64,000 bases of DNA from Promethearchaeota archaeon (GTDB lineage: Archaea; Asgardarchaeota; Lokiarchaeia; Sigyniarchaeales; SOKP01): assembly GCA_018238625.1 (NCBI GenBank), contig JABCSY010000009.1, positions 1 through 64,000 of the forward strand, written 5' to 3'. Positions within the stretch are counted from its first letter, which is position 1; each line of letters starts with the position of its first letter. Below the pieces are notes generated by a model. The model made no database searches. It worked only from the letters and a program-made list of their open reading frames with translations, and was not told where the DNA came from. A program made the position numbers and the translations under genes. This document shows, piece after piece, positions 20,852-31,319 of this stretch.

Positions 20852-21700
20852 TTGGCCGATATCAAGTTAAAAATAAAAAAGAAACTAGATTTTCCTTTAG
20901 AAGCAGATAGTATAACGCCAGAGAATTTCGCTGGGAAAACTCTGAACGAAATCAAGAAATTACCGTTATATTACGCTAAAGAACTAACGACTATTGGTGC
21001 TTTTTTTGATGTTTCTGGAAAATCAGTTGAAGTTGCTGACACTAAAATTATCATCGATGGCGACGTGTCTAACGTCAAGCGTATTGGCGAAAAAATGAAG
21101 GGAGGAGAAATCGTGATTAATAGCGATGTCGGTATGCACGTAGGAAATAATATGTCAGGGGGAAAGATCGTAGTTAATGGAAATGCGGACGATTGGGCTG
21201 GAGCTATGCTTAAAGGTGGTGAACTTGAGATCAATGGAGATTCTGGTCATTACACTGGCTCAGCATATAGAGGGTTCTGGCAGGGAATGAGAAATGGCGT
21301 GATTCGAGTTAAGGGCAAAGTAGGTAGCGAATCAATGATATGGGCAAACGGTTCTAGAATTGCTAAAAGGTTCCCTACTTTATATTGTGGCGGTGCAGCA
21401 GCATTTTTAGGGCTTCATTCGCATGGTGCGACCATCGTAGTTGAAGGCGATGCAGACCGCTGCGTTGGAGCAGATCAAATAAAAGGAACTATAGTGATTA
21501 AGGGAAAAACCCCCGTACTTCCATCATTTGTAAAGATTGGGGAAGTTAAAGAAATCGAACTATTCAATGGTGAAAAAATAACCGGGAAATTTATTGAGTA
21601 CAGTGGAGACCATTCAGTGAAAAAAAATCATTCTGCTATTAGCAAAAAGACAGGGGAACTTAATATAGGTGTCAATGGCAGGTTATTTGTAGCTGTATAA
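20852..21700 (+). CDS. fwdC: Formylmethanofuran dehydrogenase subunit C
   Basis: PLEADSITPE, GXGXG repeats (M.GG.I.I.G), GSAYRG.W.GM. Confidence 0.92.
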   Translation: MADIKLKIKKKLDFPLEADSITPENFAGKTLNEIKKLPLYYAKELTTIGAFFDVSGKSVEVADTKIIIDGDVSNVKRIGEKMKGGEIVINSDVGMHVGNNMSGGKIVVNGNADDWAGAMLKGGELEINGDSGHYTGSAYRGFWQGMRNGVIRVKGKVGSESMIWANGSRIAKRFPTLYCGGAAAFLGLHSHGATIVVEGDADRCVGADQIKGTIVIKGKTPVLPSFVKIGEVKEIELFNGEKITGKFIEYSGDHSVKKNHSAISKKTGELNIGVNGRLFVAV

Positions 21701-21828
21701 TTTTAATATAACACTTATCATTTCTTACTTTTTTTAAAAAAATTTTATAAATTAGAGTAATAAACTCTTTATTACTAAATTAAATTAATATTTCAGCAGT
21801 TTTAGTTAAATTAAATCCGGTTGTAAAA

Positions 21829-22638
21829 TTGTACAAAAGAAAGGTAAATATTACTAGAATTCGCAAGGATCAGAGAATCGAAGAGATAGATGTTGTTCTA
21901 ATAGAGAGCCCAATTGATATTATCGTAAATTCAGAACCTTTAGTGAATATAATATGTTTAAATAAAGACTTAATGGAATTGGCTACAGGGTTCTTGTATT
22001 CTATAGGAATTATAAATGGCATAGAAGATATTAAAACTATCAAGATCAATAATATAGAAGGACAGGTTTATGTAGATTTAGTGGAGACTATAAATTTCAG
22101 TTCAAAAATTTTAGATGTGAATCCCGTAAGTAGAGTGATCGATACTACGTGTGGAATTCCCTCGCCTTGGCGCAACTTAATTAAAGAAAAGTTGAAGGAG
22201 ACCAAAGCAACATTTGATCTTGAAAAACAAGAGACAATAAGCCAAGAAGTGATTTTTTCGACTATCGTTAAGATGCAACAAGAAACAAAACTATTTAGAG
22301 AGACAGGAGGGTGCCACGGAGCTGCGATCTTTGACATGAAGGGAAACTTAATAACGGTCAAAGAAGATATAGGAAGGCACAACGCGATAGATAAAGCAAT
22401 TGGGTATTTGTTATTGAAAGGAGAATCGCTCGATAATAAAATTTTAACCTCGACCGGGAGGTTAACTGGCGATTCAGTTCTAAAAGCCGTGAGGGCGCAA
22501 ATCCCTATTGTTGCCTCGCTATCTGCCGCTATTGAATCTGGCATAAGATTAGCTTTTTCCTATGGAATTACATTAATTGGTTTTGTCAGGGGTGGTACGA
22601 TGAATATTTATACTCATCCCAAAAGAATTAAAATTTAG
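21829..22638 (+). CDS. fdhD: Formate dehydrogenase accessory sulfurtransferase
   Basis: TGGCHGAA, EDIGRHNAIDKAIG, LIGFVRG...NIY. Confidence 0.93.
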   Translation: MYKRKVNITRIRKDQRIEEIDVVLIESPIDIIVNSEPLVNIICLNKDLMELATGFLYSIGIINGIEDIKTIKINNIEGQVYVDLVETINFSSKILDVNPVSRVIDTTCGIPSPWRNLIKEKLKETKATFDLEKQETISQEVIFSTIVKMQQETKLFRETGGCHGAAIFDMKGNLITVKEDIGRHNAIDKAIGYLLLKGESLDNKILTSTGRLTGDSVLKAVRAQIPIVASLSAAIESGIRLAFSYGITLIGFVRGGTMNIYTHPKRIKI

Positions 22639-22712
22639 TATTATAAAAACTTAAACTTTAATTTTTATATTATTGATATTATTGATATCTTAAATAAAAA
22701 AAAATTAATAAA

Positions 22713-23324
22713 GTGGGATTAATGAAAAATTTAACATCGATTTTTTTGTGTTTTCTTGGTGGAGCGTTAATGATTGTGGGTTCAGCCACTGGGAGCGCCG
22801 CGTTTTACTTCTATTTGACTAATCTTTTTTCTTCTTATATTAGTCCAGAATTTATGCCATTGGTTGCCTCAATACTAACTGTTTTAGAGTACATTGCTTT
22901 TTATGGGGGTTATTCTGTTATCGTAGGAGCTATCTTGATATTGATTAAACAAATTAGATTAGGCAAAATTATCATTATGGTTGCCACGGGTTTTGGAATG
23001 TTAGGGTTAGTCTTTTATGCGGGTACTTATATCTTGGGAATCTCGGGTATTGCTGTCAGTCCTGCTGTTCAAACAATTTTGATTCAAATATACAGCATGT
23101 TTACATACAACTCAGGGCTAGCATTTTCTGGAACCGCTATTGCTGTCGTTGGTCGATATGGAATAGAGAAACCTAAGAAAGATAAAAAAGAAGTTTCTAC
23201 AGAAAAAGCAAAAAGCGATGATTCTATTGCGGAAGACCTTGATAACAAATTCTGCCCAAACTGTGGGGAGAAATTACCAATTAAAGCCAATTTCTGCAAC
23301 CAATGTGGAGCGACTTTCAATTAA
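22713..23324 (+). CDS. Membrane protein with C-terminal zinc ribbon
   Basis: About 4 TM segments followed by CPNCG...FCNQCG. Confidence 0.8.
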   Translation: MGLMKNLTSIFLCFLGGALMIVGSATGSAAFYFYLTNLFSSYISPEFMPLVASILTVLEYIAFYGGYSVIVGAILILIKQIRLGKIIIMVATGFGMLGLVFYAGTYILGISGIAVSPAVQTILIQIYSMFTYNSGLAFSGTAIAVVGRYGIEKPKKDKKEVSTEKAKSDDSIAEDLDNKFCPNCGEKLPIKANFCNQCGATFN

Positions 23325-23448
23325 ACAATCCTTTCTTTTTTTTTTCTATTTCTATTTCTATTCTATTTTGTAAAGGTTTATATCTCAATTGTTTTATGAT
23401 TCTATTTAGGGTTATTATTTTTATATCTACAATTGATTTATCCATAAT

Positions 23449-25038
23449 GTGAAAATGAATATTGAAATTTTTGGTGGATTGAACGAAATTGGAGGAAATA
23501 AAATCTTCGTTAATATTGGAGATAAAAAGTTTCTATTTGATTTTGGTCTTTCTTTTAGCGAAAATCAGAAATATTTCTCAGAATTCCTAAATCCACGCAA
23601 ATTAAATGGAATTATTGATTATTTGTACTTAGGTCTTATACCCTCCATTAATAAATTATATCGGAACGATCTAATTACTCCATTTTCTGATATCTTAAAT
23701 TCTGAACCGTATAAAATTATTACTACTAATGAAAATATTGTTGACGCCTTTTTTCTTACGCACGCACATTTGGACCACTACAAATTTATTTGTTTTCTTA
23801 AACAAAACACACCAATCTACATGAACTGGATTTCAAATACGATAATCGAACATCTCGCTATCACTTCAAATGAACCTCTCTTAGACGAAGTTTTAAATTT
23901 TTATGAATTTTTTAAAATCGTACCAAAAAAAAGACAAAGTAAAGATAGTGAAATTGAATATAAGAGAGCGACCAAACCCGATTACAACCAATCAGAAATT
24001 AAAAGACCAATTAAGATTATAAAAGAAGGCAAACCTTTACTATTTAAATCAACTCAGGGCGAGGTCAATATTACTCAATTTCCAACGGACCATTCAATTC
24101 CAGGTGCTTGTTCTTACATAATTGAGTGCGATGGGAGAAGTATCATTTACACGGGTGATTTTAGACGGCATGGATTTCATAGCGTTTGGGTGGATGATTT
24201 TATTAAACGAGCGTCTAAATCCAATCCAATAGCGATTATCACTGAAGGTACAAGAGTTCCGAATATTGAGGCTTTTAAGAAAGGTATATACCATAGAGAT
24301 GAACAATCTGAAAGGGATGTAGAAAATCGCTCAAGAGAAATAATTAAGGATCATCCAGGGTTAATTCTTGTGAGATGTCCTTCTAGAAATCTCGATAGAA
24401 TTTTATTATATTATTCGCTTGCAAAAAAGTTCAATCGAAGATTCGCGATTACCCCCAAAATATTTCACTTAATCGATTGCTTTAGAATGAGACTTGACAA
24501 CATGGAGGAGAGTGCTATAAAACAATATTATAGCAATTATGATCTTCCTGATTTTAGCGATAAAAACTTCGTTTTATATCTACCGCGAAAAGGTTGGGGC
24601 AAATTCGAAGCCTCAGATTATAAAGGATTTCAAAAAGACATCCTTAAAATTGGCAACTATGTTACTTACAAGGATGTTAAAAAAGAACCTGAAAAATATT
24701 TACTCTATCTTGATTATTTTATGCTGAGTGAATTAATCGATTTAGATCAAAAACCTGGTAAAACATTATTTCTAAACTCTGTTACCGACCCATTTAATGA
24801 AGAGATGATTATAAAAGAAGAGAAGTTAGATATGTGGCTAAAAAGATTCGGAATATTAAAAACTGAAACAGTTCATTCGTCAGGGCATTCCAATGTAGAT
24901 GATTTAATAGATTTTCTTCAAAAAATTGATGCCGACAATATAATACCCATACATACGGAACATCCCGAAACATTTCAAGAATTTGGATTATCTGGAAAAG
25001 TAATTTTGCCTGAAAAAGGAAAAAAATATACATTTTAG
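23449..25038 (+). CDS. Metallo-beta-lactamase/beta-CASP nuclease, RNase J-like
   Basis: GGLNEIGGN, THAHLDH, DHSIPG, YTGDFR, HSSGH, IPIHTE. Confidence 0.88.
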   Translation: MKMNIEIFGGLNEIGGNKIFVNIGDKKFLFDFGLSFSENQKYFSEFLNPRKLNGIIDYLYLGLIPSINKLYRNDLITPFSDILNSEPYKIITTNENIVDAFFLTHAHLDHYKFICFLKQNTPIYMNWISNTIIEHLAITSNEPLLDEVLNFYEFFKIVPKKRQSKDSEIEYKRATKPDYNQSEIKRPIKIIKEGKPLLFKSTQGEVNITQFPTDHSIPGACSYIIECDGRSIIYTGDFRRHGFHSVWVDDFIKRASKSNPIAIITEGTRVPNIEAFKKGIYHRDEQSERDVENRSREIIKDHPGLILVRCPSRNLDRILLYYSLAKKFNRRFAITPKIFHLIDCFRMRLDNMEESAIKQYYSNYDLPDFSDKNFVLYLPRKGWGKFEASDYKGFQKDILKIGNYVTYKDVKKEPEKYLLYLDYFMLSELIDLDQKPGKTLFLNSVTDPFNEEMIIKEEKLDMWLKRFGILKTETVHSSGHSNVDDLIDFLQKIDADNIIPIHTEHPETFQEFGLSGKVILPEKGKKYTF

Positions 25039-25042
25039 TAAT

Positions 25043-25100
25043 AGTTGCACCAATAATACAATACAGTTGCACCAATGGCTAACCAAGTGCAATTTTGCAA
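25043..25100. repeat. Short direct and inverted repeats, possible operator upstream of mvhG-hdrCB
   Basis: agttgcaccaat at 25043 and 25065 (22-bp spacing), inverted gtgcaa at 25087, ttgcaa at 25095. Confidence 0.4.
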
Positions 25101-25255
25101 TAACTGAAAAAAAACATATTTTGGATTTTCTTTTAATATATATGAAGTAAATAAACTAATATTTTATTTACCAAATTTTTTAATAAATTTTGCATTAAAC
25201 CAATATAATTATTATATAAAATAAGATATATGATTGTATTGAGGAGATTATAAGA

Positions 25256-26659
25256 ATGCCCGTTCCCGTTGCGTTTATGCAGTTAAGTTCGTGTTGGGGT
25301 TGTCATCAGAGTTTATTGAATGCCCATCTAGGATTACTCGATATTTTGCCTAATTTAGATATCGTTTATTGGCCGGCTGTAGTTGATTTCAAGCACGAAT
25401 CATTGAAAGCAAGGAAAGATGGAAGTATTGTTGTTGGATTCTTAGAAGGTGTAGCTAGAACTAAACAAGATACAGCTAATATTAAATTAATGAGAAAGAA
25501 ATGCAGTATAATAGTTGCTTTTGGGACTTGCGCTTGTTATGGAAGTGTAGCAGGTTTAGCAAATTTGTTTGATAAAGACGAATTAATAAAAAGAAAATTT
25601 ATGGAAACCGAATCTATTACTGATAAAGAACCTAAGGAACCAAGCCAACACGTACCTGGAATCGAGGAATTTATTGTTAACGTAAAAGATATAATTGACG
25701 TAGATGTATTTATCCCGGGGTGCCCACCAACGACGGATAACATAGTAGCTGCGATAACATATTTGTTTACATTAGTTGGCGAGGGACCAAACTCTCTTGA
25801 CAAGAATAAATGTGTATGCGATAATTGCGACCTATTAAAAGAAGGTTGCTTTCTAGATAAAGGTGAATTGTGTTATGGGCCAATTACAGCTGCGGGATGC
25901 GAATTAATGTGTCCCCATGAAGGAGATATATGTTTTGGTTGCTTTAAACCCACAAGTAAGCCAGGTGAGAAGTCTAAACAATTAAAACAGATAGTAGATA
26001 GTTTAGAAGAATTAAACGCTGAAACAGGAGCTAGTTTACAGCATTTTCTTAATCTGTACTTAGGCGCGTCAAATATTACCAACTTTTATTTTAGGGGAGA
26101 TTTATTGCAGCGCCTAGCTTACGAACCCGACAGTTTTAAAGTAAAGGAAATAGAAACTGAGAAAGGTTCAAAACTAATTTTAGATGTCAAACCAACTGGG
26201 ACTGATACTATTGATGAAATCGTAGGAACCTCACTGTTCCTATTAAAGAACGACCCTTATTTTAAGTTCAGTTCTAAAACGGTTTGTAGTCACTGCGATA
26301 GAGAAGTCGCTGATAAAGTTCCAACTGAATTGAAAAGAGACTACGAAGGATTACCCTCCATGGATACGTGTTTTTTAGAGCAAGGTTATATATGTTTGGG
26401 GCCTGTAACGCAAGCTGGTTGCGGAGCAATTTGTCCAAATAAAGCGAACGCACCTTGTTTAGGATGTTATGGTCCACCAGTTGGAGTAGAGGATCAAGGT
26501 CTGAAATTTATTAGTGCTTTAGGTTCTCTCTGTGCCGACCGCGATGTCGACGAGGTAACGAAAGCGATAAAAGATCCAGCAGGATTGTTTAATAGATTCA
26601 CTTTAGCAGATAGCGTTTTAGGCCATAAATATCACGATAAAATGGAGGAAGAAGAATAA
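25256..26659 (+). CDS. mvhG: F420-non-reducing [NiFe] hydrogenase small subunit with duplicated C-terminal Fe-S domain
   Basis: SSCWGC, FGTCACYG, IPGCPP, then two copies of CxxC...CFL..G..C.GP.T.AGC...CP....C.GC. Confidence 0.85.
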   Translation: MPVPVAFMQLSSCWGCHQSLLNAHLGLLDILPNLDIVYWPAVVDFKHESLKARKDGSIVVGFLEGVARTKQDTANIKLMRKKCSIIVAFGTCACYGSVAGLANLFDKDELIKRKFMETESITDKEPKEPSQHVPGIEEFIVNVKDIIDVDVFIPGCPPTTDNIVAAITYLFTLVGEGPNSLDKNKCVCDNCDLLKEGCFLDKGELCYGPITAAGCELMCPHEGDICFGCFKPTSKPGEKSKQLKQIVDSLEELNAETGASLQHFLNLYLGASNITNFYFRGDLLQRLAYEPDSFKVKEIETEKGSKLILDVKPTGTDTIDEIVGTSLFLLKNDPYFKFSSKTVCSHCDREVADKVPTELKRDYEGLPSMDTCFLEQGYICLGPVTQAGCGAICPNKANAPCLGCYGPPVGVEDQGLKFISALGSLCADRDVDEVTKAIKDPAGLFNRFTLADSVLGHKYHDKMEEEE

Positions 26660-27156
26660 TGGTAATGATTGATTACGAATTAAAAAAGAAGGTAATGGAT
26701 GCTAACATTCACGACGCTTTAAAATATTGCTATCAATGCAATCGTTGCACAGATGTTTGTCCCGTTGCGGATCTCGCACCAAATAGATATAACCCTCGAG
26801 ATTTAATCTTAAATTCTTTTCTGGGATTGAGAGAAAACATATTTGGAGGGGACGATAGTTTTAATATATGGGGTTGTACTATGTGCGACACTTGCGACGA
26901 GATATGTCCTCAAAAAATCGAATTAACTGGCGTTTTTACCGTACTAAAAAATATATCTATTGCTTTGGGTGAAGCACCAGAATATTACACGATCCAAGCT
27001 TCAGCGATTTACGATAGTGGAAAAGCAATCCCACCCCAACCCGCAATTGAAAGAAGAAGAGAACAATTAGGACTTCCTAAAGTTGAAACTCCAAACCTTG
27101 AAGAAGTCAAAACAATATTAAATGAAACTAAATTAAATAAAATTATAAATAAATAA
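26659..27156 (+). CDS. hdrC: Heterodisulfide reductase subunit C
   Basis: CYQCNRCTDVCP, WGCTMCDTCDEICP; overlaps the mvhG stop. Confidence 0.9.
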   Translation: MVMIDYELKKKVMDANIHDALKYCYQCNRCTDVCPVADLAPNRYNPRDLILNSFLGLRENIFGGDDSFNIWGCTMCDTCDEICPQKIELTGVFTVLKNISIALGEAPEYYTIQASAIYDSGKAIPPQPAIERRREQLGLPKVETPNLEEVKTILNETKLNKIINK

Positions 27157-27172
27157 GAAAAGAGAATTTACT

Positions 27173-28060
27173 ATGGCAAAAGTTGAAGAATATAAACTGT
27201 TTCCTGGTTGCACCATTGGTAACAGAATCCCGTTCATAGAGGTTAGCGCCCGTAAAGTCTTAGATAAACTAGGAATAAAGACTTCCGACGCTGCTTTTGC
27301 GTGCTGTCCCGATCCAGTTGGTTTTAATTCAGTTGACCATACAAGTTGGTTGGCCATGGGGGCAATGAACCTAACGCTTGCCGAAGCTGAAGGAAAAGAC
27401 ATTCTTTCCTTATGTAATGGCTGCTTTCAGACTCTTAAGCTCGTGAATACAGAATTAAACCACAACGAACACGAGAAAGAAAAGATAAACAAAATTCTAA
27501 AAGTAATTGGAAAAGAATTCCAGGGTTCAATCAATGTAAAACATTTTGTGGAAGTCTTACACGATTACGGTCCCGATAAAATAAAAGAGTTTGTTACTCA
27601 CGATTTTTCAGGGTTAAAAGTTGCGTGCCACACAGGGTGCCATTATAATAGGCCTTCTGAGATCGTTCAAACGGACGACCCAATGGAGCCTGTGAAATTA
27701 AGAGAGCTAGTAGCTGCGACAGGGGCAACACCAATAGATTACGCAGAAGAGATGCTCTGTTGTGGTTCTGGCGTTGGTAACACTGAAGAAGCACCGTCGA
27801 TGCTATTATTAGCAAATAAATTTTCTAGCGCGGTAAAGGCTGGGGCCGATGTTTTTGTCGTTATTTGCCCTGCTTGTTTCCAACAAATGGATACAAACCA
27901 AAAGAAAGCGGGAACTCAATCTAATAACGAATTTAAGATACCAATCTTATATTTAACTGAGTTATTCGCTTTATCCTTTGGAATGAATCCGGACGAGCTT
28001 GGATTAAAGTTTCATCGTGCTAGATTAACGGATTTTCTGGAAAAAAACGGACTTAAATAA
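27173..28060 (+). CDS. hdrB: Heterodisulfide reductase subunit B
   Basis: FPGC, CCP, CNGC, HTGCHY.RP, CCG, CPACF.Q.D (two CCG domains). Confidence 0.93.
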   Translation: MAKVEEYKLFPGCTIGNRIPFIEVSARKVLDKLGIKTSDAAFACCPDPVGFNSVDHTSWLAMGAMNLTLAEAEGKDILSLCNGCFQTLKLVNTELNHNEHEKEKINKILKVIGKEFQGSINVKHFVEVLHDYGPDKIKEFVTHDFSGLKVACHTGCHYNRPSEIVQTDDPMEPVKLRELVAATGATPIDYAEEMLCCGSGVGNTEEAPSMLLLANKFSSAVKAGADVFVVICPACFQQMDTNQKKAGTQSNNEFKIPILYLTELFALSFGMNPDELGLKFHRARLTDFLEKNGLK

Positions 28061-28177
28061 ATTATATTAATAATTTTTTTATTAAAATAAGGTTTAAAAT
28101 AGCATTTATAAACCTTTTTTTAAACTCCTTTTAGTTAACATAAAGAATTTAATCAATTTAACACATATTTCTATCAC

Positions 28178-28993
28178 ATGAAGCAAGGTATTTATTCGAA
28201 TTTGAAAGGAAAAATTCCCGATTACGTGTTTGATTATAAAAGAAAATCAGATATATTACCGGAAAAGGGTTTTTTTCTTGATACTCACGCGCATACAACA
28301 GCCAGCGATGGTTGGATGACACCAGAACAATGTATTAAGTGGCACATAGCAAATGGATTTAACGCCTTTGTTCTAACTGATCACAATACAGGTAAAAACA
28401 ATAAACCCATTTTAGAACTTCAAGATAAATATCCTGAAATCGTTATTATTCCGGGATTTGAGTGGACTACCCTCCGTATCCATCTCAATTTCTTAGGTAT
28501 TGAGGACTTCCCGGGGAAAATTAAATTTAATTCAACTGACGAGCAAATTAAGTCTGCTATAAAGAAGGCAAAGGAAATGGGGGCACTTGTTCAAGTAAAT
28601 CACATTACGTGGACAATGGACCAACCTATGCTTCGAAAAGGAAAATATACGCATCCTACAAGGGACCAGCTTTTAGAATGGGGCGTGGATGGGTTTGAAA
28701 TCAACAACGAAATGCGGTGGTACGACCCCAAAACAGTTCATTGGTTAGAAAGACTTAAACAAAACAATCAATTACTAAGACCTATATTTTTATCGACGGG
28801 AACAGATGTTCACAATCCTCTTAAGGAATGGGTAACGTGTTGGACTGAACTTCTTCTTACTCCAGAAGAATTAAAGGATCCAAATTGGAGCGTTATTAAA
28901 AAAGCGTTATCTGAAGGTAGAACATTTAGATGGGTTGACCACGATTATTACGAACCTTTTGAGGCGAAACTACTCAAATTAAATAAAACATAA
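28178..28993 (+). CDS. PHP-domain metal-dependent phosphoesterase
   Basis: DTHAHTTASDG, TDHN, GFE, GTDVH. Confidence 0.88.
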   Translation: MKQGIYSNLKGKIPDYVFDYKRKSDILPEKGFFLDTHAHTTASDGWMTPEQCIKWHIANGFNAFVLTDHNTGKNNKPILELQDKYPEIVIIPGFEWTTLRIHLNFLGIEDFPGKIKFNSTDEQIKSAIKKAKEMGALVQVNHITWTMDQPMLRKGKYTHPTRDQLLEWGVDGFEINNEMRWYDPKTVHWLERLKQNNQLLRPIFLSTGTDVHNPLKEWVTCWTELLLTPEELKDPNWSVIKKALSEGRTFRWVDHDYYEPFEAKLLKLNKT

Positions 28994-29111
28994 GACATAT
29001 ATGTATATAAGTGCAGTTCTACCAACAAAAGAATATTTAGAATTATATAGGGAAAGTAAAGCTAAAAGAATAAAGAAAATTGGTTCTTATAATATAAGAA
29101 TTTTGTTTCTT

Positions 29112-30425
29112 TTAAATCAGTTCAGAGAAGAGGTTAAACCCATCTACTTCATACACTCGTGCTTTTACAAATGATCCATAATATCCATTAAAATTCTCAA
29201 TAAATATATTTTTATAAGCGATATTTCTACCAAAAGCTTGATTTGGTTTAAGTCCTGCATGTAATAACAAAATTTCTCCTTCCCAATCTTGCCATTTTTC
29301 GTTTATTGTAATCAAGGATTCCCTGAAAATTTTTGAAAGTCTAATTGTACGTTCTTTGATCACTCTACTATTGACTTGTTTCATATCCTTGGCTTTCGTT
29401 CCAGGTCGTGGAGTAAATTTTGAAATGTTGAGGATTTCTGGATTCAACCATTTTATTAACTCAATCGTTTTCGCAAAGTCATCTTCGGTCTCTCCGGGAA
29501 ACCCACATATTATATCTGTCGAGATGGTTAAGTAAGGAAATTCTTTCCTCAAAACCTTGAGTTTTTCTGCTATGTCTGAAATTAGATAAGGACGGTTCAT
29601 TTTTTTGAGAACAGCATCGCTTCCAGATTGAATGGGGATGTGCAAAAATTGGTACACTTTATCAAGTTTAAACATAGAAATTAATTGATCAAAATTATCA
29701 ACAATAAACCTTGGATTTAGCATTCCAATCCTTAAGAAGAACTTGTAATCCAAACTCACAATGTCTCGAATTAAATCGACTAATCTCGCGTTATTATACG
29801 TGTAAGTACTACAATCCTGAGAAGTTAAGTAAACTTGCTTAATTCCTTGTTTTAACTGATGTTTTACGTTCTCTACAATATTTGTTGGATTATAGCAATA
29901 TAATCGACCCCTGGCGTTTTTTACGCAGCAATAAGTACAAGCACCTAAACAACCTTCCGAAATCGGTAAAATTCCGGTAATCTTTTCTTTAGGGTGTTCG
30001 ATTAAAAATGTTGATTTATCTACCGAACTTTTGGGCTTAAAAACGAGATTAGTTTTTCCGGATTTGATATCTTGAAAAATTAAAGGAAGGTCGCTCAAAT
30101 TATCTAAGCTAATAATTGCAGAAAAGTTTGGGATTATATTTTTGACCACATCGATATAATTTGGTGCTATATGTGGCAAACAACCCGCGATGATGAAATA
30201 CTTATTTGTTTCTTTTTTGTAAGTGTTATACAATTCTTTCAGACGAGATTTTATTTTATTTTCGGTTTGCTGCTTTACGGCACAAGTATTAATGATTACG
30301 AATTCAGCGCCTTCAAGCGTTGTTTCAGTGTATCCCGATTTAAATAATACGTTAGATATAATGTTGGAATCTGCCTTATTTGACGTACATCCGTAAGTTT
30401 CTATGTAAAATAAATTCTTTTCCAT
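29112..30425 (-). CDS. mtaB: tRNA t6A37 methylthiotransferase (archaeal/eukaryotic-type MtaB), radical SAM with TRAM domain
   Basis: ETYGCTSN, NTCAVK, CLGACTYC, DIICGFPGETE, RPGT; start placed at MEKNL. Confidence 0.88.
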   Translation of the reverse strand: MEKNLFYIETYGCTSNKADSNIISNVLFKSGYTETTLEGAEFVIINTCAVKQQTENKIKSRLKELYNTYKKETNKYFIIAGCLPHIAPNYIDVVKNIIPNFSAIISLDNLSDLPLIFQDIKSGKTNLVFKPKSSVDKSTFLIEHPKEKITGILPISEGCLGACTYCCVKNARGRLYCYNPTNIVENVKHQLKQGIKQVYLTSQDCSTYTYNNARLVDLIRDIVSLDYKFFLRIGMLNPRFIVDNFDQLISMFKLDKVYQFLHIPIQSGSDAVLKKMNRPYLISDIAEKLKVLRKEFPYLTISTDIICGFPGETEDDFAKTIELIKWLNPEILNISKFTPRPGTKAKDMKQVNSRVIKERTIRLSKIFRESLITINEKWQDWEGEILLLHAGLKPNQAFGRNIAYKNIFIENFNGYYGSFVKARVYEVDGFNLFSELI

Positions 30426-30577
30426 ATTTTCTAAAATCTGTAAGAGTATATAATACATACGGAATCCAACCAGAAGAGGATTTTTGGGTGTAGTGTTCTA
30501 ACTTGGATGCGTGGGCTGAACATCAATAAAATAATTCAATAGCTTAATTAATAACGTTTATATATTGAATTCTATAG

Positions 30578-31168
30578 TTGAAATATATGGATGATTTACC
30601 AAGAAACAAATATGAAATTCTAGATATAGTTTTTACATTCCTTAATACACTATGTATGATCCTGACTGCTATCTTCCTTTTACACAATCTGATAATTTCT
30701 ATGATATATGTCATTATAGTTGTTCTTTTTGCGTTTGTGATTTTGTTTTATTGGGTATCTCGGAACCCATTTAATCTCTATCTAATTAGAGCATTTGCTT
30801 TTAATAATCTTTTCTTTACATTTATAGCACTTATTTTGTTCTTTTCTAGGATTTCTATTGCGCTAACAGAATATCCAGTAATTTTTGTTTTTTTTCTTTT
30901 CCCTTCTGGTGTTTATCTTGTAATTACGTTTAAGTGGTCAAATATTTCTATCCCTAAAGATAAGAGCGTGGGTTCATTGCTAGCCTTTACAGGAAGAACT
31001 AAGGCGGCACAGCGACTTTTTTTTAATGATAATAACATGGAGGATAGAATAAAGCAAGAAGAATTAATTACCAAACAGAAGAAAGTATACAAATATAAAT
31101 TAATAATTGCTTCAACTATAGCATTAACTTTAAGTAGTTTTGCCGCCCTAATCTTCGGATTTTACTAG
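30578..31168 (+). CDS. Hypothetical membrane protein
   Basis: About 5 hydrophobic segments. Confidence 0.7.
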   Translation: MKYMDDLPRNKYEILDIVFTFLNTLCMILTAIFLLHNLIISMIYVIIVVLFAFVILFYWVSRNPFNLYLIRAFAFNNLFFTFIALILFFSRISIALTEYPVIFVFFLFPSGVYLVITFKWSNISIPKDKSVGSLLAFTGRTKAAQRLFFNDNNMEDRIKQEELITKQKKVYKYKLIIASTIALTLSSFAALIFGFY

Positions 31169-31319
31169 TTTAATTGATTTCAAGACTTTTTTTTATTAAA
31201 GAGTAAAGCAATAATTTTTCAAATCAAGAAATAACGAACTTCTTAAAATAATGGAAATTTTTTTAATTAAACTAATCTATTATTAGAATTAATATAGTTT
31301 AATTAATAAGTGGAAAAAT

